Assembly: GCA_964247055.1 (NCBI GenBank)
Contig: OZ176055.1
Location: 9,610,001-9,674,000 of the forward strand
Direction of reading: 5' to 3'
Origin: Paragordius varius
Taxonomy: Eukaryota; Animalia; Nematomorpha
DNA length: 64,000 nt
The notes under the pieces were generated by a model. The model saw only the letters and a list, made by a program, of their open reading frames with translations, did no database searches and was not told the origin of the DNA. Both the position numbers and the translations under genes were made by a program. Of this stretch, positions 48,901 through 60,912 are shown one piece after another (position 1 is the stretch's first letter; each line of letters opens with the position of its first letter).

Positions 48901-51900
48901 TTATACGGACAAAACGTAAAAATATAGGGACAAATATTTTTTTCTAAAATACATCTATACTTTTTAAATCGTGATTTATATAACTCATTATTTGAATGGC
49001 AAAGTCTGAAATAGAGATATTAAATTACTAAAACAATCAATTCTTTATTTTACCAATGTAAATACATAGCTTATATAAAAAAATTTAAGGTTTATAAAAG
49101 TATGGTTGTCTTTTAGATAATTTGTCTTTATATTTTTACGTTGTCTCCGTATAATTTAAATTTTTACTGTAATATATAATTTCAAAATGGTTCCAATAAA
49201 ATAAGAGCTACATTTCGTTCCAATCCTTGGTATATATAAAAAAAATGAAAGAGTGTTTTATACTTTATAAATATGAATTGTTCTTTTCGATAAATCCATG
49301 GCGTAAGGGGAACTGGTGCAGTTTTAGGAGCTATGGGTATTAACTTGGTAAACAAGAGTGTAAAAAACACGACAGACACTGGTAATATAACTTCGGCCAA
49401 AAATCCCTACAATAGATACAGTAAAAATGAAAATTTTACATAGGCAAAAAACGTAAAAACATAAAGGCAAATATATTTTAAAAAATACCGATGTACCTGT
49501 TTAAATTTTATTTTTATAAGGGTAACTCAATGTTTTGAATTGTAAAGTATGAAATTAAGTTGTAAATTGATTGATAAACACTAAATTATATATTTCACAC
49601 TTTTTTATAATTTATGGAGGAATTATAATTATTGCCTTTTTGTCTTTTTGCATTTAGTATTTCAATTTTTACTAGGTGACACATTATTTTCTTAAAAAAT
49701 TAATTTTTTATAAAAGTATGTGCGACAATAAAAACCTTGTAATTTCTCAAATGTCTCCTAAATCTCCTCATACACAATGCTTTGAATTGCTCAAAAGCCT
49801 TTTGGATTCCAACAATCTCAATTTCGCCGGCACCTTTAAAATCAATCCTTTTATTTTTGCTTAGGCCGGTATCCGAATTATTTTGTGTACCATCTATAAT
49901 ATTGCATAATAAATGATTTATTAACACCAATTTCTAAAAAGATTATTATTAAATGCTAGACTAATTATTTTTACTTTTAAGTTCAGATACCGTAAATATT
50001 TTGGTTGCAAGACTGCTATTTCGTACATGGCTCTTTTTATGATGGCCATTTACTACAGAGTCCTTAGCGGGTATAGGTAATGAATTTGGTTCCGGCCTTA
50101 TTATATTTTCCAGGTAACCCAATTGATCATGTCTATCACCATGTACATTGGATTTAACAAAAATCTCATGTATTTGACCAGTCGTGACCTTCATAAACAC
50201 CTAATGCATAAAAAATATATGAATATTAAGTCCAACACCTAAAGCTAATAATAAGTATTAAAAGTTAGTGTGTATAGTTTTTGGGTTGGGTAATTTATAA
50301 ATTAGAGTTTGAGGTTATGTTTGTATATGAACAAATAAGGTTAATATAAATTGAAAGTTTTACTTACTATATAATACTATATGTAAAAAATTAAATATAG
50401 CTATAACTATACCTCTTCCAAAGAAGCATCGCTTAAACCGTAACTAGCTATTCCCAAGGACTTTTTGCAATTATCAATTATGGTAAAGAGACCTTGTAAA
50501 TTACGACAATGCGCCCTAATATCCAACGTATTTTTGGTCGGATCAAATTGATATGGTAATATGTAAGTATATTCATTCTCAATTACATTAACCAGTTTGG
50601 TATCGGGAATAAACGTTGTCATTAAAACTTGCATAACCTTTTCAAAATTTTTTTCATCTAAAATTTAAAGATTTGCATTAAAAATTTAAATACAGTAAGA
50701 GTTGAAATTATACGGACGGACAAAACGTAAAAATAAAAGGTCAAATTTTTTTTCAAAAGATCATTGTACTTTTTTAACTTGTTTTCAAATATAACTTATT
50801 GTTTAATTTGCAATGAATGAATACAGGCTAATAATGGTGACAAAATCAATTATGTAGTTACAGTCATGTATCCTTTATTTCAAGAATTTATTTTTTTTCG
50901 TTAAATGGGTATAAATATTTGGTTAAGAATGGAAAAAACAAGAGCTCTATAATAATTCCTATACTTTTTTGATGAATATGATATTTTAATAGCATAGAGC
51001 TCTTGTTTTTCCATTCGAAATATTTATACCCATTTACAGTCATGTAGACTTTATTTTGTTAAAGATTTACTTTTTTTCGTTAATTGGGTATTAATATTTG
51101 GTAAAGAATATAAAAACAAGAGCTATATGGTATACCATATCATATTCTTAAAGAAGTGTGGGGGAAGGGCGCCGGAAATCTTTGAAAAATGAAAATACAC
51201 TAACTACTTACCCTTCACTTAAAATTATTGTATAAAAGGGTTAGGAAAATCGTAATTTTTATCTCAATTATAATTTTTATTGTTTTGATATGGGAACGAT
51301 TTAAAATATGCTATATTAAATAATCATAAAATTAAATTATTTACAAAATATATCAAGACCATTGTAAAATTTCCCACTTTTATAACATTAATAAACATAA
51401 ATATATAAATAATTTATTCAAAAATACTTGATATTAGTTATTTTAAGCTAACAAATGGTAAAAATTTAGTCAACGTGACATGTGTAATACAAATAAACCG
51501 CTTTATCTATTTCTATCAATGTAAGATGTAATTTAAATAAAAAATTAAATATAATTTTACCCTTAACAATGAAGACGACATTTTGCAAATATTTTGTAAA
51601 ATAAAAATGGTGTCGAAGTTGTTTCACATGTATTTTTTTTCAAAACAAAATTTTATTTAGATATTTTGGCATATTTATATAATTTTTATTAGGAAAGAAG
51701 CATAAATTTAAATTGGGACCGTTTCTTACACTAGTTTATTAAAAATATTAACTCAAATTTTGTCTGGGGTATATTTGGATACCCCATTTTAGGTGTTAAA
51801 TAAAAATTTTATCAAAAAAAATTAATATATAAAATTTTGCAAAAAATTTACAAAAATATTACCATTCCCCTTTAAACAATATTAATTTTCAATTTTTACC

Positions 51901-54900
51901 AAAGATTTCTGACGCCCTTTCCCCACACTTCTTTTAATTTTTTAAAGAATATGATATGGTATACCATTTAGCTCTTGTTTTTATATTCTCTACCAAATAT
52001 TAATACCCAATTAACGAAAAAAAGTAAATCTTTAACAAAATAAAGTCTACATGACTGTAATGAAAAAAAGTAAATTTTGATAAAATAAAGGATACATGAC
52101 TAAATTTACAAATATAATTAAATAAAATATAAAATAATAAGGTTTATAGTGTGTCTGTCTCTTGAAAAATATGATTTTAATGTTTTGTCAAAATAATTTC
52201 AAATTTTACTGGATATTTTTAAGAGAAAATAAAATATGTAAACCTTTAGCATCCAAATCCATCAGGAAAACTTCAAGAAATTTCTAAATAAACATATTAA
52301 ATATATTATAATATATGGTCCATATATATATATATATATATATTCCATTTACGGGTTCATATTCACCCTTAAACAATTCAAATTCACCTTCGAACATTTC
52401 AAATTTACCCTTAAACATTTCAAATTCCCCCTCGAACAATTCAAAATTACCCTAAAATAAATTATGTGTATATTAAAATTAAAAATTACCTTAATTATAT
52501 AATATTTTTAAATGAAATTCTGTTTAAAAGTAATATAATGCTATAAAAATAATAAACTATGTCGTAAAAATATATTTCTTATTCGAGATGAGTTATAGTA
52601 GCCCGAAAACACATAATTTATTTTTAGGGTGAATATAAATTGTTCAAGGGGGAAATTGAATTGTTCTTTTGAAACATTTTGAATTGTTCAAGGGTGAATT
52701 TAAATTAAATTTTATGATAGATATAATGGTTGGTATAATACATACAAGTCGCGGTAAAGATTTTAACGCTTCAACATCTATAGTTTTGGAAGATGAATCC
52801 TTGATTAAAGTAAGGCGATATCCCTTAGCAAACAAATATTTGAGGTATGAAGGACTCCCTGTGCATTTAAGCTCTCCTTGAGCCAGGATACTAATTTGAT
52901 CGCCCAATAAGTTGGCTTCATCCATATGATGCGTCGTAAGTAATATAGTTCTGTCTGTGTTGTCAAATGAAAAAAAATTTGAAATGTAAAGTGTGGTCTA
53001 GGTTAAGGAACACTTTTATAAGCGGCGAATCAAAAACATTTATCAATGACATGGTTAATTTTGTGTCTATTTGACAGCCTCAAAAGAGGTCAACCCACAA
53101 ATATCAACTATCGAGCCAAAACAATCAACATTCAAAAAATTCTCTAAAACCTGCTAAATTTTCAATACATCAAATTTCAAGTGCTACTAAATAATAAACA
53201 GATTTACATTAGTCACATTTATGTTATAATTAACGTTTAAAAGTCACTTATTAGACAAAATTTTCGAAATAGAAAAGAAAAATCAAGAAATATTCTTACC
53301 AAAAAGGATTATTTTTAACATACTTTAGATGAGGGAAATCTCATTGAATTTTAAGATATGTTAAAAAAAATTTCGATTACCTTTTTTCATTTTAATGAGG
53401 GCATCCCATATACCATGTCGGGAGTAGGGATCTACACCGGCTGTCGGTTCATCCAATATAATAATTTTGCTTTGACCGCAAAATGCAATGGCTATACTTA
53501 GTCTCCGTTTCATACCACCTGATAAATCTCTGGCACGCGTGTCTTTGTAACGAAACATATCAACCGTATCAAGCAATTTAATTATTTCCTTGATGAAATA
53601 ATGAATGAAAATGGGTATAATATTACAAAAGGAAAATTAAAGTAAAATTTGTAAAGGCAAAAAAATCTTCTGTTTCAAATAAAAACTTTATTAGTAATTA
53701 ACCTGCTACATTGAACTTAACCTATTAGTATATTTTTATGGTCAAACACTCTTACTGAGGCTCATAATATCGCCTTTTATGGGGAATTGATTGAAAATTT
53801 AAAATTTGAAAGGTGCCAAAAATTAGTAAACTAATTTTACTAACAACCATTTATATTTTAATTCTTATTATAATAAAGATAAATATTGGGATACCTCAGC
53901 GTATACAGGCTTTTGGCACTTCAATTGATTAAAGAATATAAGATGTTCTTCCACGGTGAATTCATCAATCAAAACATTATGTTGGGGACATACACCAATT
54001 AATTCCCTATTAATATTTAATTCTTCTTTATATACCATTTACCTTAAATTCACCCTTGAACAATTCAAATTCACCCTAAAAATAAATTATCTATTTTCGG
54101 GGTAATATAATAACTAACTCATCATCATATGAATTATTTCTTTATAGCATAGTTTATTTTTTTCCGTATTACGTTAATTTTAAACGAAATTTTATTTTTA
54201 AAAAATATAATTAAATACAAGTAAATATTAATATTAAATTACACTTAATATAGTATAGGGCGAATTTAAATTGTTTAAAAGTGTATTTGAAATGTTCAAG
54301 AGTGAATTTGAAGTGTTAATTGGTATATATATATGTTTATTAATCTCGATAGTATACTTTATTGCTTTATATTGTGTACGCATGTTGAGTCCATTGAAAA
54401 ATACATCCCCATGAGTGCAAGGAATAATACCAACTAATATAGCTATCGTGGTAGATTTTCCAGCACCATTGTGCCCGAGCAAAACCGATATGCGATTCTC
54501 ATAAAAATTAACGGTAACATTTTTTAAAACTTCCTTCTTCCCATAAACCTTATGTATACATATATAGGAAAACGTTCAATTTTAAAGTAACAATTGAAAT
54601 TATACAATGTAAAAATAAGATAAATGTATCTTTTTTTCAAAAGACAAACCTTTAACTATTATCACTTATCGTTTTGAACTGCGGATAAAGGAATAGGATA
54701 GTAAATTGGTTACCTACTCAATACACGTTTTTTGAAAATGAATAAATAGTATATGTAGAAAAATTCAGGTTTCAAAAAGTATGGTTGCCTATTGAAAAAA
54801 AGTATTCTTTATGTTTTTACGTTTTGACTCTATAAATTCCAATTTTTACTGTAAACAAATAAAACAAATAGTTAAATGCTACCTTTGATAAACCACGGAT

Positions 54901-57900
54901 TTGGATACCCATTGAGGAAGGATTCGTATCAGCTTCAAAATATTGAGGTTTATCTTTGATACGAGTTGGAGAATAGCGCCTACCATCTACTTTATTGGAA
55001 CCATTCGTAGTATGCACCTGTTGTTTCCCAAGCCTTAAAAATTGCGCTGTTTTTGTAATTGAACTATCTAAACACTCAATTTCTAACCAGGTAGCTAAAT
55101 GTTTAAGGATTGGCCTTAAGGGATAATAAAAAGGTTTTGGGTGATGACCATACGTTCCTGGTCTAATGGCTTCAAAGTAGAGGGAGAGTGTGAAATATAG
55201 CACAGCATCAACGAGTAACATGAGTATGGCATACCCTACGCTAAAATGACTCCTATCCTCATGACTATCCAACCAAACATTGTCCCATTGTAAACCAACT
55301 TTGGCCATTTCCCATCGCGCTGTGTGAAGGATACTGCATGACAATGCAACGTTAGATATGAGACACTATTGAACATGTGTGGATGAGTACTTATATATAG
55401 ATTAAAGGTTTATCAAATAAATGGGAGATTGCTAATTCCTCCAAATATATAAAAAGCTTAGGAATTTCATAATTTTGTTTTTTAACAATTTTGAATAAGG
55501 CTATTTATCAACGGCAATTAATTAACAAAAATTGGTGAAATAAATAATTTTTATATTGCATTCGTATTTTTTCGCAGTTTTTAAATATGCTGTGCCTATC
55601 TAAACAATCCAACATTATTTAATTTCCAATGTTTTGTTTTAAGAAAATCAAAGGACTTATCCATTTAACCTATGTAAACTTTTGACAGTAATGAATAGCA
55701 TATGTTATATATCATTTTATCCATCACATATGGGACATTTTTCAAACTTAAGGAAATACATATATCTAAACTTACAAAAGCCAATTTGGATCCGAGCGAG
55801 ATTATGCCCTCGAATCGAAAGTAGTAAGTGAATGGTAAGTAAGAAATAAAATATATGATTCCACCAACGGATGCGGCCAGGATAGCGCGTGAAAACAAGC
55901 TTGCCACGGCAAAAGCGTATGCAATGAGGGAAAGATTGAAGGCATTAAACATGCATAACATAGTCCATACGCTTGAATAGGTAAAAACTTTACCCCAATG
56001 AAGAAGGGCAATCATGAGCACAGTTGAACATTCCATTGTACTCAACGCATAAACTATCCAACTGGCTCGATATACGCCCAAGTGTAATCCCATTACCTTC
56101 ATGTATTCCTTGAGACGACTCTCCTTCTCGTGAACCAAGTCTTTGATTAACATGGCTGCTGTATATGCCCACGATATGCAGATGATAAGTGGTAAGATAC
56201 GGGTAACCGATCGCAAGAATCTATCAAAAAACGTTATTTTTAGTATTAAAAGTTTAACCAAATTAAGAACCTCCCAATTTAATTTATGGAACGTGATTTA
56301 CAGTTTTAATACACAGACAAAACGTAAATACTAAAAGACAATCATATTTCCTAAATCTTGTTTTTTATATATAAAATTTATCGGTTTTGGGGTTTCAAAA
56401 TAAATTATAGAGATCTAATTGGTTAATATATTCAATTTTATAATCAAAAATCGTAAATAATCAGGCGTATAAAAAATTAAGGTTTGAGAGATTGTCTTTT
56501 TTCAAAAACATTTGTTTTCTAGTTTTTCCGTTTTGTCGGTATAATTTCCATTACTTTTCCTGTAATAAAAAAAGTTTTTTAAAGCCCAAAAAAAGTATTT
56601 CTTACAAATCAACGCTGTAACATGGGTAGGGTGCTTGTTGTATGATTACACCCGGTTTTCGTATATAACGTTTCATGCCTTTGCTTTCAATAATTTGATT
56701 TAGGCTTCTACCTTGCCCATTCCACGACGCAAAGGATTGACTCAAATTTATAGGGGGATTAAAGGTATTATTAGTTATGGAATCAATAATGGCTGTATCA
56801 ATCATATCTTGAAGTAAGATGAAACCATGGTAATAATATTTAAGGTCTGTCAATGGATTTCTCCGTGGTCCCTCGTGATCAATCAGGTTAAGCATAATGT
56901 GAGTCGGATCAACATGTTCCGAATTCATGCGAATCTTGTATCGAACAAAGGGTGGGAATTGGATTAGGTTTTTATTCGTGGGCACTATACAACATAAATT
57001 AGAGACAGTTTATTGTAAAAGGTAATACATTAAACTGTTTCTACGTCCCCCCTCGATGAAAATCTCTTTGTTATACGGAAACCTGAAAAAATTCTAGTTT
57101 ATATAAATGGCAAGAAACGCGTTAATATGCTTTATTTAAAAAATAATAATTTATGCAATAAAATTTAAATTTTTGGTTGTTATTTTTAAAACTTTTCGAG
57201 CCTCGTGATATACGGGTTCCTTGTTTTGCTTTAGGTTTATGTCATTATTTTTTAGCATTTTAAAGGTGATACCGTATATTTTGTGTGAAAAAGCTCACAA
57301 TAATAACGATTAATTAAAATAAATTGGTATTTGTAGTTTTATAATTTAATATTTTATCTTCCTTCCTTTCTTTCTATTAAAATTTAATTTTTCAAAGAAA
57401 ATCCTTCATACAAGAAAATTAAAAAATGGACACTTTCTACTTGAAGTGGATGTCTTTTCATGATAATAAAAAACTTGAAATTAACTTTCTGTATTCTCTC
57501 CCTAAATTTTTCCATTTTTACAGTTAAAAAGGATAAATATTTTACCCTGTTCCATATCCAAAAACACTATTCCTGCCCAAAAATCATTTGATTCCATCAG
57601 GGTATATGCCCGTTGAACGAGTTCGTTTTCATCCTTTATCCCTTCATACTTTCCCATGTCAAAACATTCTATATACCGACTAAGGGCTGATAATTCCCCG
57701 CTATATGTTTGAAATTTTGCAAACATCATAGATCTTTCATCGTCAGGTTTAAAGATGGACCAAATTTTATCGAGCGATAACAAAGCCTGAGACAGATAAT
57801 ATATGTAATCATCCAAGTATTTGTGGTACGTGTCAATTCTTAGTTTTGTGACATTCATGTTTTTGATGATATGCCTTGTCACTAAACATAGTAAAATAAT

Positions 57901-60878
57901 TGAAATATGATTTAAAATGATTCCATTCAGTTATTGAGATATTAACCTACATAAAAATCTATTTATTTCCACACATATATTGATTAAACCGAAAGTTAAT
58001 ATGGTTGCAACTTCCGTATTTACAGTTCAAAAAAATAATAAATACTCATATTATTATTGTATTGACGCATCTTTTTTTATAGGCATGAGGACATTGATAA
58101 AACACAATTCTCTCATGTCAAAATCCAAATATTATTGCAAAATTCAAATATTAATATTAATATTTTTAAATGACATTTTAACACTAAGCCTTAGTTTTTC
58201 CATCAATTATAAATAAGTTTTAAATAAGCATCATACCTGGGTTGTCTGGTGTGTACAGTATTTTTCCCATCAAAATGGGTTTAATAATTTTCCACATAAC
58301 ATTGAATCCAGGGATCGATTCCAAAACAGAAAACATATCATTACACCATGCATCTAATTAAAAGTAAAATTGTCACAATTAATCATAATAAAAATATACG
58401 TTATTATTTGAATTTCAATACGAATTGCAATTAATTAATTAACTTTTAGGATTTCACAAAAAGAATTGTTTTGGTAAATATACCATTTACAGTTCAAATT
58501 CACCCTTAAACAATTCAAATTCACCCTTGAACAATTCAACTTCACCCTTGAAAAATTCAAATTCACCTTCGAACAATTCAAATTCACCCTAAAATAAATT
58601 ATGTGTTTTTTAAGATTATATATTAGCTATATTTTTTATATTTATAAAAAAAAAATTTTGTATGTAATCAAAATAATACTGAAAAAATAATAAACTTTGC
58701 CATAAAAATATATTTAATTTTAATGATGAGTTATATTAAACCGAAGTTTCATAATTTATTTTTAGGGTGAATTTGAATTGTTCGAGGGTGAATTCGAATT
58801 GTTCAAGGGTGAATTCGAACTGTAAATGGTATATATATATATATACTTGATGACACATTGATTTTAATGATGTCAAGCGAAGTTTTCAAAAATGTTTTAT
58901 GGATGCTTTCCACAAATTTATGTTGTTTTTCGGGCTCAATATCGAAAGCCTTGAATTGCGAACTGCAGAGGAGGAATGTAAATGTCCGCAAATAATCCAA
59001 ATAATTTGATGGTAATTGAGTCATATTACGTTTAAGCTCGTACGCTAAATTCATTGTGTATGTTACGTTTTGGAAAAAGTATTGTACGTTCGGGAGCTGG
59101 AAATTAGTATATAAGATATTAAACACAGATTAGACCAGAGATGCCTGACATAAATGGCTTCGCGGGCTGCATTTGAAAAAAATAGCGTAATATATAAATG
59201 TTTTTTTTTTAAGATTTTAAATGTAAGCGGTCAAAAAGATTACGAATTTTTTTTATATATACCCTTAAACAATTTAAATTCACCCTCGAACAATTCAAAT
59301 TCACCCTTAAATAGATTATGTGTTTTTTTAAGATTACAAATCACCAATATTTTTTTATATTTTTAAAATATGAAATTTTGTTTTAAATTATAATAATGCT
59401 GAAAAAATAATAAACTACGTCGTAAAGATATATTTTATATTATTAATAAGTTATATTAGTTCGAAAACACATAATTCATATTTAGGGTGAATTTGAATTG
59501 TTTAAGGGTGAATTTGAATTGTGCAAAGGTGAATTTGAATTGTTCAAGGGTAAATTTGAATTGTTCAAGGGTAAATTTGAATTGTTCAAGGGTGAATTTG
59601 AATTGAAAATGGTATATATATTTATAATACCTTAAGGATTGGTTGTATGAAATCATTCATGTCCTTTAAAGCCAAACCGATTGTTGCAACGTTTCGTTTA
59701 TGTCGATGGGAAGGAAAACTTGTAGTGTCGTATTCCGACCTATCTATATTCCCGTTATTTTTAATCAAAAGCGTTTCTTCGAGTGAAATAGGATCAAATA
59801 TTTTGCTAAAATTTTTGGTACGGATTTGCCACAGGGATTTGTTTAAATGTGTTATCTGGTAAAGTTGAAAATATTAAGGTTTTTAAAAAACTATGACCGA
59901 TTTGAATTAAATTAAATTTTGTCGTAAAGTGATATTACACAGTAAAAATTGAAATTATACAGACAAAACGTAAAAACAAAAAGGATTTTTCAAAGGCGTC
60001 CATACTTTTTTAACCTTAATTTATGTAAATTAATACATAATTGATTGTGTTACCATTATACATGTGTATTTCATACTTTGCATTTTAAAACATTGAAGTA
60101 TATAAAAAACAAGTTTAAAAAAGTACACCGGTTTTTTAAAAAAAATATGTTTTTATATATTTTTTTGTTTTGTCCGTACAATTATAATTTTTACTGTAAA
60201 TGGAAAAGTAAATATAATACCCTTTCTGGAATCATGGCATCTAAATAGTTATGAACACGTCTCTTTTTGATATCCGATTGTTTTAGTGGGAAATTGAAGA
60301 AAGTAGAACTAATATTTCTTTCTACACAATCGTAAAAACGTAAATATATTATTGAAATTCTCTAAATTACCTTTTCTATTTAATGAATTTTTAATCAATA
60401 CTTATATTACTTCTACCTTTTTTTCAAATGAAATTTTAAATTAGATAATCCCATTATAATAGGCCGATGTTTTTTACAGAATTTTTTGCAATTTGACTAT
60501 ACTTTAATACTAATCTTTCACAATAAATGCAATTAATATAGCTTGAATTCACTTAAATGTTAACAAAAAAGGAATTAAAGATGTCATTTTTAAAATATTA
60601 AAAATACTAACTATAAGTTTTTGGTCCGTACAACGGTAATGGCCTTAAAAATTTGTCAAGATTAGAAAAGTATTTTTCCACTTCTTTTGGATGAGCTACC
60701 AAGTATTGGTCTATATCATTCAAGGCCAACATTAATCTAAACATATGCATCATTTAATATAAATATATCGGGGGTTGTTTAAGGGTGAAAAGCCGTAATA
60801 AACTGTTTAGAGCACCCTTTTTCTTTAAAATTAGATAAGCGCTTTATAAATTACTACAATGTTGCCCTTAAACTTTCC

Positions 60879-60912
<34 letters not shown>

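Noticed and set aside
54007-54357. MITEs as introner elements that create introns
   Set aside because: Splice sites lie outside the elements, with 25-70 bp of unrelated flank, and many introns lack elements; insertion into existing introns is simpler.
59456-59656. ORF with FKFTLEQ heptad repeats
   Set aside because: It is the translation of the 21-bp MITE-B subterminal repeat, found in many non-coding copies.
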